Of a DNA stretch of 64,000 nt, positions 18,815-30,001 are shown in pieces. Origin of the DNA: an uncultured Chlamydiae bacterium (GTDB lineage Bacteria; Chlamydiota; Chlamydiia; Chlamydiales; Parachlamydiaceae). Position 1 is the stretch's first letter. Each line of letters starts with the position of its first letter. Location: assembly GCA_963754655.1 (NCBI GenBank), contig CAVWGN010000001.1:1664001-1728000 (forward strand), given 5' to 3'. Under the pieces are notes generated by a model. That model was not told where the DNA came from. It ran no database searches and saw only the letters and a list, made by a program, of their open reading frames with translations. A program made the position numbers and the translations under genes.

Positions 18815-20014
18815 TTATCCTGTTGAATGCATCAAACGTGATAGAAAATACCAAAAATAAGATTTAAATGTATGTCTAAATTGGTAGTTGAAAATCACTT
18901 GCATAATTTCTTCATTGCTCATTGTACTAAAAGAGGCCACAGATCGATCAATCAAGGAATCTTTTGATGTTTTGAATAAATGATGCATAAACTTTTCTGA
19001 AAAGAACCATTTGTAACCAAAGTATTGATGAAGGGCGTGATCATAAGAATTCAAATCTTCTACTTCTCTCTTTAAATAACTTTGAATGATACGAGCAGCA
19101 ATGCGACCGCTTGACATCGCATGACGAATACCTTCCCACCCTAAAGGATTGACAGAAGAAATGGCATCTCCAATAGCAATCATAGGTCCGCGATAGCGTA
19201 AATCTTTTTGTCGTTCCGTATAGTAAAGCGTTTTGCCATGCCTATCTTTAATTTGATAAGAGGAGCCGCAAAGTGCTAATAGTTGCTCTAAATAATGCTT
19301 ATAGGAAGGCTCATAAGGAACATAATGCTTATTCTGAAAATAGCGAATCACTCCTACTTTAAGCATAGAAGTAGAAGAGGCCATCGGAAATATCCAAGCA
19401 TAGCCTTGAGGCATCCAATGATGACCCAGAAAGAAATTGAGTGCTTTTGAATAGTTTTGATAATACCCATTCTCCACTTCAATATGATATTCAATGCCTG
19501 TTGCTACTATAACCCGATCTTTGTCATAATGTTGCTGAGCCAATACTTTTCGCTCAGTTCCCGTCGCATCAACAACAATGCTTGCTTGTACTGGATAAAT
19601 CGTAGAGGATGCCAAGTCTTTTAAATAGACTTCAATACAGTGCGAATAAATTTGATGATTTTGATACTGACAGCCTAATTGAAACTCTCCTCCCTGTTTC
19701 TTTGTTTCTTCAACTAAAAAATTCCGTAACTTATCAAAATCTATTACTGGCCCAAAAGGAGAAGCTGCCGTCCAAGTTGCTTTTGCTTTAGTGGAATTTA
19801 TACGCAGAGTGTTCCAATAAGTTCCCACAATGGAATCTGGTAGGTTAAAGTCTGCCATGATAGTAAGAGGAGCGCCTCCACTAGAATAGTTGTTTTCCAA
19901 AAAGCTTTTCGCTTTATCAGCAATAAGCACCTTAAATCCCGCTTGCGTCAATTCACGCGCACATTGCCCTCCAGCTGGACCTGCGCCAATAATAATGACA
20001 TCATATTTCTTCAT
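18815..20014 (-). CDS. Geranylgeranyl-reductase-family FAD oxidoreductase
   Basis: IIGAGPAG, VDATG, GYAWIFP, IGDA...NPL..EGI motifs. Confidence 0.85.
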   Translation of the reverse strand: MKKYDVIIIGAGPAGGQCARELTQAGFKVLIADKAKSFLENNYSSGGAPLTIMADFNLPDSIVGTYWNTLRINSTKAKATWTAASPFGPVIDFDKLRNFLVEETKKQGGEFQLGCQYQNHQIYSHCIEVYLKDLASSTIYPVQASIVVDATGTERKVLAQQHYDKDRVIVATGIEYHIEVENGYYQNYSKALNFFLGHHWMPQGYAWIFPMASSTSMLKVGVIRYFQNKHYVPYEPSYKHYLEQLLALCGSSYQIKDRHGKTLYYTERQKDLRYRGPMIAIGDAISSVNPLGWEGIRHAMSSGRIAARIIQSYLKREVEDLNSYDHALHQYFGYKWFFSEKFMHHLFKTSKDSLIDRSVASFSTMSNEEIMQVIFNYQFRHTFKSYFWYFLSRLMHSTG

Positions 20015-20101
20015 AGTTATTATGGCTCATTCAAAATGTTAAAAAACACTATCAAAATTTAAAATGCATGCAGGGGTGTCTTAAACAATCCAAAGCTCAG
20101 A

Positions 20102-21121
20102 TTAAAGAGGGGGTGGGGGAGGAGAATGTTTGGAAGTAGGTAAAAGAGGGGCTTCATTTTCATATTTGCTACCTTCAATCGCTGCAATTCGATCTTCAAT
20201 AGGAGGATGAGTAGCAAAAATACGCGCCCAAAAAGAAGGGTGTTCATTGAAATAAAGATGAGAAAAGGGTTTACTACTACGTGGCATGTCAGAAATATTC
20301 GATTGGGCAATCTTTCTTAAAGCATTGGCTATTCCTAAAGGATTGCGCGTGTATTGCACTGAAGAGGCATCTGCTAAATATTCCCTTTGTCGACTGACCA
20401 TTGCCTGCAAGATAGACCCAAAAAACCATGTAATGGAACCTGCCACTAAAAAAATAATGGCAAGCACTGCAATAGGATTTCCTCCACGTCGATCTTCCTC
20501 ATTACGGCGAGAAGAATAAGCCGACCCTTCTAATAAACGTAAGCCAATATAAGTCACAATAAAAAACCCCATTACCATGGCAGCAACTCGCATTCCAACG
20601 GTCATATCACGATGATAAATATGCCCAAATTCATGAGCTAAAACACCTTGCAACTCGTCTCGATTCAATAAATTGAGACACCCTCTCGTGACTGTGACAG
20701 CCGCATTATCAGGGCTTGTTCCAGCAGCAAAAGCATTGATTTCTTCAACTTCTAAAATATATACAGGAGGAATTGGAAGAGAAGTTGCCAGAGAAATTTC
20801 TTCGACAATATTCATCAATTGCCGTTCTTTAGGATGGCGCGTATTGGGATCGACGAGTTCGGCTCCCACTGATTCTGCTACATAACTTCCTCCGGATTGC
20901 AAATAATTCATGTAATTAAAACCTGCAACCCCGAATGTAAGACCTAAAAATCCTAGTCCTACAAAAGGAATGTCTGGATTGCCATAACTATCTCCAGCAA
21001 ACATTCGCATAGCTAATTCTGCACCTGATGCTGCCACCAGCGTCAATACAATAAATATGCTCATATATAGCGCTGTTTTTGCTTTTGCGCGTCTTTGAGC
21101 TTCCCAAAAGTTCATAACCAT
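20102..21121 (-). CDS. htpX: M48 family zinc metalloprotease, HtpX-like
   Basis: NAFAAG, AHEFGH, SRQREYLAD, THPP; downstream of lemA. Confidence 0.88.
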   Translation of the reverse strand: MVMNFWEAQRRAKAKTALYMSIFIVLTLVAASGAELAMRMFAGDSYGNPDIPFVGLGFLGLTFGVAGFNYMNYLQSGGSYVAESVGAELVDPNTRHPKERQLMNIVEEISLATSLPIPPVYILEVEEINAFAAGTSPDNAAVTVTRGCLNLLNRDELQGVLAHEFGHIYHRDMTVGMRVAAMVMGFFIVTYIGLRLLEGSAYSSRRNEEDRRGGNPIAVLAIIFLVAGSITWFFGSILQAMVSRQREYLADASSVQYTRNPLGIANALRKIAQSNISDMPRSSKPFSHLYFNEHPSFWARIFATHPPIEDRIAAIEGSKYENEAPLLPTSKHSPPPPPL

Positions 21122-21181
21122 AGCACTTATCCACTCCCATGATTGTCGTTGAATTGTCGATTGGAGGGCGTTATCTCACTT

Positions 21182-21790
21182 TTAAGAGAAAGAAATTTTT
21201 GGTGCTTTTTTAACCTGTTGGTCTTCAACTTGGAAAAGTTCCACAGGATGATGTCCGAAAGTTGAGGCTAATAACGTAGCAGGAAATTCTTGCTGAGTCG
21301 TGTTATAAAGCATGACATTGTCATTATAGGCTTGTCGTGCAAAAGCCACTTTATTTTCAGTTGAGCTTAATTCTTCTTGAAGCTGTTGCATATTTTCGCT
21401 CGCACGTAATTGAGGATAATTTTCAGCCAAGGCCATCAGATTCGTGACAGCTCCTCTAACTGCTGTATCTGCAGCAGCCAACTCCTTAATGGAACTAGAG
21501 GTAGGCCCTCCACTTTGTTCAATTTGATTGCGCGCATTTTGAGCTTGATTGCGTGCATTAATGACAGCTTCTAAAGTTCCTTTTTCATAGGTCATATAAC
21601 CCTTAACCGCCTCAACCAAGTTGGGAATCAAATCATAACGACGTTGTAATTGAACATCAATTTGACTCCATGCATTCTTGACTTGATTGCGCAATTGAAC
21701 CAGTCGATTATAAATACCCATTCCCCATAATACCAAAAGAACAATGATAACTAAAATGATAATAAGCAATGTTAACATATAAAACTCCAA
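21182..21790 (-). CDS. lemA: LemA family protein
   Basis: YNRLV..RN....AWSQIDVQLQRRYDLIPNLVE; ENYPQL. Confidence 0.93.
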   Translation of the reverse strand: MEFYMLTLLIIILVIIVLLVLWGMGIYNRLVQLRNQVKNAWSQIDVQLQRRYDLIPNLVEAVKGYMTYEKGTLEAVINARNQAQNARNQIEQSGGPTSSSIKELAAADTAVRGAVTNLMALAENYPQLRASENMQQLQEELSSTENKVAFARQAYNDNVMLYNTTQQEFPATLLASTFGHHPVELFQVEDQQVKKAPKISFS

Positions 21791-21984
21791 GGTTTTGCCA
21801 TCTTCAATTTCTATTTTACTGATTTAATATTTTATAGAAAAGATTATAAAATTTTACTGTGTTAAATATTTCAAATAAAAAATTCTTATCCTTCATGAAC
21901 ATGGGTTTATCTCTTTTACTATTTGCAATTTAAGAATGATTTCAAGCATACTATTTTCTTTACACATAAACATTAATTATAAGG

Positions 21985-22890
21985 TTGGCATTCATGTGTT
22001 GTACTTTAGATCAAGGGGTTGGAAGATTTATTGTTAGGGCGGCTGAATTTGAAGAAGATGAAACAGGAGAAAAAGTTTGTCATTTGAAGGGAATCTATGA
22101 TCGCACACCTCCAACGTTGGCCGATCGCATTTCCCGCTTTTTTCAACGTCTTGAGCTGCTTGAGAAAATAGCAGAAATTGTCGATGAAAGTTTTCATGCC
22201 TTTGGCTTCATTTTTCAACGCCATGCAAGCATGGTAGTTTATCAAACTTACCACAATTTGCATGATAGCTCACATCACATTGAGCATATTTTACATAGCT
22301 TTTGCTTTCTAGGTGATGTCACGCGGTTGATGACTGGGAAATTTTTTAAAGATGGCAATGGGACTCAATTAGATTATTTACGCAGTGCGTCTCGGGTCTG
22401 TCATGCAACGGCACATTTTCTTGCAACCATGGAATTTTTGCACGATCACCAATTGCCAGCTTTAGAGCAATTTAAAAATTCTTTTAAATATGCCTCCGCC
22501 TTGAGTTCTCTAGGATATGCCCTTTGGACTGTTTCCCTTATTTGGCAACGTCATCAGGGGATAAAAAATGAAAACTTTGCGGTTGATATGAGCATTCATT
22601 TTGGAGGATTTTTATTTGAAGCTATTCCTTTAATTAAAACAATTGATTCTTTGGCTCCTTATTCTTTCTATCTCGGCAAAGCTACTGCAATAGCAGGAAT
22701 AATTCACGCTTGGTTTGTTGTTCAAAGATTAATGACAAAGGATAGCGAAGTGATAGAAACTTATTTTATTATGCCAGATGAAAATGATGAGGATTTCTCT
22801 CCTCGTGTGGATCATTCTCACCATCATCATGTTCACGACCATTCTCATCAGCATGACCTCAAATTTCGTCCTGTGAAAGTCGTGAATTGA
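21985..22890 (+). CDS. Hypothetical membrane protein with His-rich C-terminus
   Basis: 301-aa ORF ending HSHHHHVHDHSHQH. Confidence 0.65.
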   Translation: MAFMCCTLDQGVGRFIVRAAEFEEDETGEKVCHLKGIYDRTPPTLADRISRFFQRLELLEKIAEIVDESFHAFGFIFQRHASMVVYQTYHNLHDSSHHIEHILHSFCFLGDVTRLMTGKFFKDGNGTQLDYLRSASRVCHATAHFLATMEFLHDHQLPALEQFKNSFKYASALSSLGYALWTVSLIWQRHQGIKNENFAVDMSIHFGGFLFEAIPLIKTIDSLAPYSFYLGKATAIAGIIHAWFVVQRLMTKDSEVIETYFIMPDENDEDFSPRVDHSHHHHVHDHSHQHDLKFRPVKVVN

Positions 22891-23104
22891 AAAAATGTTA
22901 TTCTTTGGGATGTTTCCTCAGAGGAGAGGGGACATCTTTTGGAGAACAGTCTATTTTTACCGATTTTGATTAAAAAAATGCTTCTTAAGAAAATTTGTGA
23001 AGGCCTTCATTTCTTCAAGATACAACTTCAACTTAGTTTCTCTTTCATTCTCAGATCTATGTGCTTGCAACTTCCATCCATGACTACTAAGTCTAATAAT
23101 ACCT

Positions 23105-23341
23105 TCAATCTGAATAATGACCTTCACATGATTGACGTGTAGTAAAACCTAAAATATTTAACACAATAACTGTATCTTTGATGCCTTGATCAATAGGATA
23201 ACCTAGACCATCAGTCCAAGAATCAACTTCTTCAGCTTGCTTGTCCCACAGTTGCTGCTTTGTTAAAACCTCATTACCTTCTACAATATTGAAAACAGAA
23301 AATATTATAAAAAATATAATATGAAAAATGCGTGAATACAT
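23105..23341 (-). pseudogene. Probably truncated secreted hypothetical protein
   Basis: Signal peptide; ends abruptly after TRQSCEGH. Confidence 0.4.
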
Positions 23342-23385
23342 AAATAGACCTGAAGTTTTATGAGTTTTAATTTTTTTAATTTATC

Positions 23386-23493
23386 CTATTTTGCTTTTTT
23401 TCTTAAAATTCGATATACAGTGGCCTCACCTATTTCAAGCTCTTTAGCAACGTTTGCCTTAGACATGCCATTTTCCACAAGACGCAAAACCTC
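23386..23493 (-). pseudogene. C-terminal HTH fragment of a serine resolvase
   Basis: Translated by hand: EVLRLVENGMSKANVAKELEIGEATVYRILRKKAK*. Confidence 0.7.
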
Positions 23494-23555
23494 TCAAGCT
23501 AAGAGTCACTGCATCAGCCTAAAGGACTGTAAGTGCGGTAGTCTGAGGACTTGTA

Positions 23556-24218
23556 TTAAAGAATAAGATCAGCGCTGGCAATAGGAAAAGAAAGCGCATC
23601 TAAATTAACAACTTCATAATCCCAGTTCGGATGGTAAGTTGAACTAGAAAAAAGTGGGCAAGAATATCCATTAGGATCATTAAAAGTATCAAGATCATCA
23701 AAAGTATTAATGATGACAATGACTCGATCGCCTTTCTTCCAACTTTTTGCATAGGCTTTCTCATCATAGTAACTAATCTTCAATATGACGTCGTTATCTA
23801 AGGTTAGAAAAATAATCTCTTCACCATCGTCTTCTTGATGGCTTATGCTGGAGATGACATATTTATTTTTATCACACCACCCAAAACGCAGTAGAGACCT
23901 TTTTTTGCCTTGCGTTTTATTGATAACACGAACAAATTCTTCCGTATCTAAATCATCCTCATCTTGAGGATAGGGTTTTTTTATAATAAGTGTATCTCCT
24001 ATATCCCACTTATCTTTCTTATCAGAAAAATATAGAGTGTAGCCATTCTCTAAAACAAAAAGACCTATGTGATTTTTTTTATAATTAAATGTATATTTAG
24101 ATTCAATTTTGCTTATTAATTTGTCTTGTTCTTTAGCTTGCAAATTATTTTGATTAAAACAAATTCCAATTATTGAAAGTAACAATATTTTGAATAATTT
24201 ATTCATATTCTTCTCCAA
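23556..24218 (-). CDS. Secreted hypothetical protein
   Basis: Signal peptide; internal repeat W..GD motifs. Confidence 0.6.
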   Translation of the reverse strand: MEKNMNKLFKILLLSIIGICFNQNNLQAKEQDKLISKIESKYTFNYKKNHIGLFVLENGYTLYFSDKKDKWDIGDTLIIKKPYPQDEDDLDTEEFVRVINKTQGKKRSLLRFGWCDKNKYVISSISHQEDDGEEIIFLTLDNDVILKISYYDEKAYAKSWKKGDRVIVIINTFDDLDTFNDPNGYSCPLFSSSTYHPNWDYEVVNLDALSFPIASADLIL

Positions 24219-24358
24219 TTTTAATTAGCCATAGCTAGTGATATAATTATTTCATATGAGGAGTCTTTCAAGCAATATTAAAAAATTATTTACGATCATT
24301 GCTATATCAGTTATAAATTAAAATATTTAAAAATAAAAGATGATTTCAAACATTTGAT

Positions 24359-27300
24359 TTAAAAGATTAAAATGTCGTAATGCCGTCCTTGTGCGGTTTG
24401 TTTGCGGTACAAGAAAATGGTCTTTTGCATTCCAGGATTTTCGATCTTTTGTAGTTGATAACTTTGTCCATTAAGACCTTCTCCATAAATAGCTAAGGTG
24501 TGGTTTTTTCTGATTTTATCTATCGAATGCTCAGCGGCACGCTCTGCAAGCAATTCCTGCTCATTCCATATCGATACCTTTTCTTCGCGATTGCTTTCTG
24601 AAAACACCCCTTTCCTAAGTTCTTCTCTCCACATAGGATTAGAAACTTGTAGGGCTATCGACCGCCATTGAGTATTGCCCTCAACAAGGAAAGCTCTTTT
24701 AATGACTTCTTCTATAGGTGTTCCATAAGCCATCGGTAAAATGCTTGCATCTGCTAGCTGAATCGTAGAGATATATTTGGACTTTGGTTTGCTCGTCTCT
24801 ACTGCTGTTAGAAGATCTTCTCTTTGGATGGTTCGGATCATTTTATTGATCTCGACTTTTATCAACTTTCGTTTATCCTTTGCTGCTTGTATATCTTTAC
24901 TCGCATTCAACTCCGATTGATAACATTGTTCCAAAATAAGATTACAGAAAAGGTGAAACTGTTGGACCACATTTACGTCCGTTCGCTGATTAAAAAAGGC
25001 ATCCATTGCTTTTTTAACTTCTCTGACAGTGCGAAGGTGTTCATCGCGAAATGTGTCGAATTTCATTGTGACAAATGTTCGAAGTGCCGCTTTATTGATC
25101 CTATTCGCCCTATCTTCAGCCTGTGCATCAACAAATGGATTCCAATTATCCGATATCCTAAAGATTTTAGATGCTTCAGGAAGATTTAATCCGACGCCTC
25201 CTGCTTTCTTCAATAAAATCAAAGCTTTGCTGATATTTGGTTGAGAAGGATTTTTAAACCATTTCAATACCTCAGTGCGCTGGTCAGTCTTAAGATCCCC
25301 GCTGAAAAGGCGTACTTCAACTTGAGGATGCCTAAATTGAATCGCTAAACGTAAGATTTCAGATTCTGCTTTGTACTCTGAAAAGAATAAACCATTTTCT
25401 CCGCCATTGACCATTTCTAAGAATACCGAAGAACTTAACAGTTTTGAAAAACGCGGAGATCTGGCAATCCATTTCTCTATCTCATTAGTGTCGCCTGAAG
25501 CAAAAAGGGTAAGGATATTCTGGATTTCAGGATCTTTTAAATTTAATGAAGATTGGTTAAGGGTTGGATCTAAAAGAATCCTATCGATAGTGTGAGAATA
25601 TGATAACTGATCGCCCTGGTTTTTATATGTGTTTAATGCTTTTGCTAATCTTTCTTTAACTAATGCTGAAATTTCTCCTTGAATTTCAATATCATTTCGT
25701 TTCGGCACAGCTCCTCCCCAATCTTGTATCACTCGAGTATCATCCCTTTTTAGTCTGTCGACCACAAAGGGAAGGATGGTGCTTCTGAAACTTTCTAAAT
25801 GAGCAAAAGATTTAATAATGAACTCAAAAATTTTGGTTTCATCTTTCTCTTCATCTGGATCTGCCAAAAATTTCACACACTTCTGAGTTTTTTCTATTTT
25901 TTCTGATAGTTCATTAAAATTGCTTTTAGAAAAAATAGATTCCGAAGGGTTTGCTAATCGCAGAAGGGTCCAAAGTTCAGAAAATCTATTTTCAAAGGGA
26001 GTTGCAGTCGATAATAGAATTTGTAGTTCTGGATTTTGTTCTTTAAGGTATTTGATGAGATTAAAGCTTGTTTTTGATAACATTGAATCAAAGGTATGCA
26101 TTCTCTGAGCCTCGTCGAAGCTTATCCCAGCTATTTGAATACCATTGAATAACTCTTTAGGGGTCTTTTTAAATACTTCATAGCTCGAAATAATGACCTT
26201 TTTTTCTGCCTCTATAGCTGCTGTAAATTCCTCCTTACTTTGGCACAACGCAATATTTCGTGACATATGATTTGTCAAAGGGACGAGGAAGGAATCTGGG
26301 ATTTTAGTATTTTTCAGTAAAAAGACTTCTTGCATCAATGCCCCTGCAAGACGTAGCTGCATGAAAAGAGGCATTGAAATCAATTTCCAATCCTTAAAAT
26401 CATTGCCTGGAAGAAGCTTTTCTAAAGGTGCTTCTGCAAAATATCTTTGCCACTCTTCTATGTCTTTATGATTTGAAAAAACTAACTCGCAAGCTTTTGT
26501 ATGCATTTGCCGTGTCAACTCTTCTGACAGACCTCCAAGTAATAGAGGAAGCTGTGCAGCCAGAATTTGTGATAATTCGCTCCAGATTTTATCTTTTGGA
26601 TTCGGCAGGACATCGTAAAGTGCTGCGGCCATCTGATGTTCATCAAACATGGCAAACAAAGGAAGATAGGCTAAAAGTTGATAAACATCCCTTTCCTCAA
26701 GAGCTTTTTTGATTTTCCTTAAGGCATTTGCCTGAAATTCTGGAAGCTGAGACTCCACTGTTTCTCTTTTCCAAAATACCCAAGCCATTGCTGAAACAAC
26801 AGCTTGATAAATAGAAACTTCCTTAAACATCTGGGGTCCAATCGATAGGGGGAGGATAACAAAAAATATCCCGCTTTTGCCGCGGCCGATCTGTTGCATT
26901 AACCATTCGTTAATGGCATAGCTTTTCCCGCTTCCCATTTGCCAAGAAAGGAGAGGAGAAATGCCTTGTTCCATTTTTTCCAACAATTTTGCCACACTTT
27001 CTGCTTGATAGGGTTTTAAAAGAGGATTTAGAGGGAAAAACTCCTGATGAGGAGGAACAACCGACATCAGGTCCAAAATAGGGTATTCCAATGGTTTTGT
27101 CGAAAAAAGGTTCTTTTTCCTTCTTAGATGATTCGAAATTTTTGAATTTACTCTTTCAAGTGAGTTAAGGCTGGTTTGGACCCAAAGGTTATTCCATCCA
27201 ATTGCTGCAAAAGAAACTGACAAACTGTCTTTGACTACTTTTGAGGTTTTAACGGCTTTTGCAATCTTTGGCGTGGAAATAATGATTTCTGGAATTGTTT

Positions 27301-29185
27301 TGAGTCGCTTGGAGATTCTTTGATCTTTAGGCTGACTAAGAGGGTCTCTTGTCCTTTTGATACCCGATTTTTTTTGTTTTGTCGGGTTGTTTTCTGAAAA
27401 ATAGGTTTGTAAAATCAGAAAAGGGGGAATTCTATCAGAGGAATTTTCCAATTCACTTTTTAAGACTTCTATACTTTCGAGAATTAAATTTTCTTGTAGT
27501 GTGCTAGGTTCCTCTTCTCTTATTTCCATTAAAGCTTGTTTGATGGTTGAGTCTTCCACAGCTTTTTCAAAGTCCATAGAAAGCCCTTCTAATAATCCAT
27601 TTTTTCCAAAATGAGCAGCCAAAAAATGGACCTTAGAGAAGTCACTTTTTTGAATAATAAAAAAGGAAGGGATTTGCTTTGGTGTTCCTGAATGATCCTT
27701 TTGAAACTTTGAAAGAGGCATATTGGCAAATTCCAACGATTTCAATTCCAACAGTATGGGAATTGCAAAGTCTAATAACTCATCCCCTAAAGGTATTGGA
27801 ATATTCGCAATGGGTTTGTTTAACCAGGTTTGATGTATGAGGTCAATGATTAATTCTTCATTCGGCTGACATTGATTCTTGAGAAAAGCTTCAGTAAGCT
27901 CTACAGGCATGTGATTCAAAAATTCTTGGATAATACTGAGGGCCAGCAACCTATTTGTAGAATGGTCTTCCAGAAATTTGGACAATGTATCGACGAGCCA
28001 GGGACATATCTTAGAGTTAAATCTCCAAGCTCCTCTTGAACTGGTAAGATGAGGGACGAGACTATCTTTATTAAGAAAAACTTTTTCGGATAATATCTTG
28101 AAAAGCTTTTCCGCATCTTGTCCTTGTTTAGGTTGTTTTTCAAGAAGAGTTTCTAAAGGCTCTACTTGTGTCTGAGTTGCTTGACTAGAGGATTCTTCCT
28201 GATTTAGGAATTGTACTGATAATGGGGACAGAGACTTTATGGCTTCTTCAAGTGAACAATTTTTAATAACAGAAGGGAAAGGACCCGATTCGCAATAAAA
28301 AATGCGTGGTCCCGAGGATTTATAAAGCTTTTGCTGAACTTTATTTTTCGAGATAATGTTATTTTCAAAGAAAAGATATTTTTTATCTTCTGGGTGAGAA
28401 TTGAGATAATTTAATAGGACTATCATGACGGCTTGATGGAGTCGGGAAGGGGTGTTAGATAGCCCACCTTTTTCATAAATTTGACAGGGTGATAGAGCGT
28501 CCGCTGTTCTATTGACATAAAAATGGAAGACAAATTCTTTATATAGAGTTCTATCTTTTATGATTTTATTCACAAAAGAGTGACATTTCTTAGATAAGAG
28601 ATTATTCAATAAGTGATTTAATATTGTCCTGAACCCAAAACTACTATAAAAAGTACTCCAAAGAGTCATTCCCTCCCAATCAAAATCCCCTAATGCCCAC
28701 TGAGTGTTTAACGACATGCCGGTTTTTTCTAACCTTTCATCCAACTCTGATAAGGTAGGAGGAGGAAAAACAACATGAAAAAAAATTTTATTATCTAAGA
28801 AAAGCTTTTCAAAATCTTCCCTTTTTTCAGGATGGTGTTGCAGATAACGTAAGAAAAAATGTGCCCCCATTCTGGCTTCTTTATCTAAATCAATTACAGA
28901 GTCAGATCCTTTTTTTTGAATTCCTGTTAACCGAAAATTCAGCGCTCCTATTGAATTTTCACCTTGAATGAAGTTTGGAATATCAGCCGATTTAGAGAGA
29001 TAATCGAGGATAAGCATTTTTGATTTTGATAAATCAATTTCCTTATTTTCCAACAAACCATTTAAAAGATCAAAAAATTGGGTCATGGATGTTTGGAAAT
29101 TAACAGAATGTTCCATTGATAGCTTAGAAATATTTTGAAAGCCTGAAATATTTCCACTAAACGAATTATAATATGAATTAATCAT
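24359..29185 (-). CDS. SNF2-family ATPase with long unique N-terminus and NLS-like basic patch
   Basis: LKPYQ, QMGSGKS, FDEAQRM, STATPFEN, AGGVGLNL, WNP...QAEDRANRI; KKSGIKRTR...SKRLK. Confidence 0.88.
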   Translation of the reverse strand: MINSYYNSFSGNISGFQNISKLSMEHSVNFQTSMTQFFDLLNGLLENKEIDLSKSKMLILDYLSKSADIPNFIQGENSIGALNFRLTGIQKKGSDSVIDLDKEARMGAHFFLRYLQHHPEKREDFEKLFLDNKIFFHVVFPPPTLSELDERLEKTGMSLNTQWALGDFDWEGMTLWSTFYSSFGFRTILNHLLNNLLSKKCHSFVNKIIKDRTLYKEFVFHFYVNRTADALSPCQIYEKGGLSNTPSRLHQAVMIVLLNYLNSHPEDKKYLFFENNIISKNKVQQKLYKSSGPRIFYCESGPFPSVIKNCSLEEAIKSLSPLSVQFLNQEESSSQATQTQVEPLETLLEKQPKQGQDAEKLFKILSEKVFLNKDSLVPHLTSSRGAWRFNSKICPWLVDTLSKFLEDHSTNRLLALSIIQEFLNHMPVELTEAFLKNQCQPNEELIIDLIHQTWLNKPIANIPIPLGDELLDFAIPILLELKSLEFANMPLSKFQKDHSGTPKQIPSFFIIQKSDFSKVHFLAAHFGKNGLLEGLSMDFEKAVEDSTIKQALMEIREEEPSTLQENLILESIEVLKSELENSSDRIPPFLILQTYFSENNPTKQKKSGIKRTRDPLSQPKDQRISKRLKTIPEIIISTPKIAKAVKTSKVVKDSLSVSFAAIGWNNLWVQTSLNSLERVNSKISNHLRRKKNLFSTKPLEYPILDLMSVVPPHQEFFPLNPLLKPYQAESVAKLLEKMEQGISPLLSWQMGSGKSYAINEWLMQQIGRGKSGIFFVILPLSIGPQMFKEVSIYQAVVSAMAWVFWKRETVESQLPEFQANALRKIKKALEERDVYQLLAYLPLFAMFDEHQMAAALYDVLPNPKDKIWSELSQILAAQLPLLLGGLSEELTRQMHTKACELVFSNHKDIEEWQRYFAEAPLEKLLPGNDFKDWKLISMPLFMQLRLAGALMQEVFLLKNTKIPDSFLVPLTNHMSRNIALCQSKEEFTAAIEAEKKVIISSYEVFKKTPKELFNGIQIAGISFDEAQRMHTFDSMLSKTSFNLIKYLKEQNPELQILLSTATPFENRFSELWTLLRLANPSESIFSKSNFNELSEKIEKTQKCVKFLADPDEEKDETKIFEFIIKSFAHLESFRSTILPFVVDRLKRDDTRVIQDWGGAVPKRNDIEIQGEISALVKERLAKALNTYKNQGDQLSYSHTIDRILLDPTLNQSSLNLKDPEIQNILTLFASGDTNEIEKWIARSPRFSKLLSSSVFLEMVNGGENGLFFSEYKAESEILRLAIQFRHPQVEVRLFSGDLKTDQRTEVLKWFKNPSQPNISKALILLKKAGGVGLNLPEASKIFRISDNWNPFVDAQAEDRANRINKAALRTFVTMKFDTFRDEHLRTVREVKKAMDAFFNQRTDVNVVQQFHLFCNLILEQCYQSELNASKDIQAAKDKRKLIKVEINKMIRTIQREDLLTAVETSKPKSKYISTIQLADASILPMAYGTPIEEVIKRAFLVEGNTQWRSIALQVSNPMWREELRKGVFSESNREEKVSIWNEQELLAERAAEHSIDKIRKNHTLAIYGEGLNGQSYQLQKIENPGMQKTIFLYRKQTAQGRHYDILIF

Positions 29186-29478
29186 AGATTTATTTTGTAT
29201 GTAAGAAATGAATTATTAATTTTATTTTTTAACAATATAAAATCAATGAATATTTAAAGTCAATATCTCTCTATCTATTTTATTTTAAAACAAATAATAT
29301 AAATTTCAAATTATGATATTTTCAATATTAATATAAATTAATATACATATTTGGAAAGTCAGAAATTTATGCGGATAAGCTCTAAAAGAGGAAAGAGTAT
29401 TAAACGGACGCATCCAACATAAGCTGATGCAATGAAAGCGCGCCTTGAAATAAATGAATAGCTTTGGGTAACTCTGGT

Positions 29479-29507
29479 TGCAAAAGAAGCTGGTAGCTTC
29501 TTTTGCA
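29479..29507. terminator. Hairpin terminator downstream of the BON gene
   Basis: TGCAAAAGAAGCT-GGT-AGCTTCTTTTGCA. Confidence 0.65.
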
Positions 29508-29515
29508 TTTTTTTA

Positions 29516-30001
29516 TTACTGAGCAGTATCTAAATCATTGCTTACGCTTTTTACACCTTCAACATTTTTGATCATGTACTCAATTTGATTTTTCTCGTTA
29601 CTATTTGCAACTTTGCCCTTAAGAGTCACTTTTCCATCTTTTGTTACGATTTGGATGTTGTGAGCACCATCTGACAAATAGGGTGTGCTTCTCAAATTTT
29701 GCATAATGCGTGATGAAATGACATTATCAGGAACATTTTGAGTTTGAGTTTGATTACCACCAAACCAATTTGACCATGTGCTTTGATTCTGCTGAGCGCC
29801 GCTTGGATTCCCAGAAGGATAACCTGTGTTTTGATGTTGGCCTGATTGGCCGTAAGTTTGATAAGATTGAGAATATCCTGGTTGAGGTTGATTAGAATGA
29901 TTCATATCACTGGAATATTGTCCATATTGATAGTTTTGTGCGCATGCTAATGAAGTTACGCACAAACTTGAAATCGCGATAAATTTTCCGAATTTTTTCA
30001 T
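29516..30001 (-). CDS. BON-domain (OsmY-like) secreted protein
   Basis: Signal peptide, Q/S/G-rich linker, I.IVTKDGKVTLKGKV...VEGVKSVSNDL. Confidence 0.88.
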   Translation of the reverse strand: MKKFGKFIAISSLCVTSLACAQNYQYGQYSSDMNHSNQPQPGYSQSYQTYGQSGQHQNTGYPSGNPSGAQQNQSTWSNWFGGNQTQTQNVPDNVISSRIMQNLRSTPYLSDGAHNIQIVTKDGKVTLKGKVANSNEKNQIEYMIKNVEGVKSVSNDLDTAQ

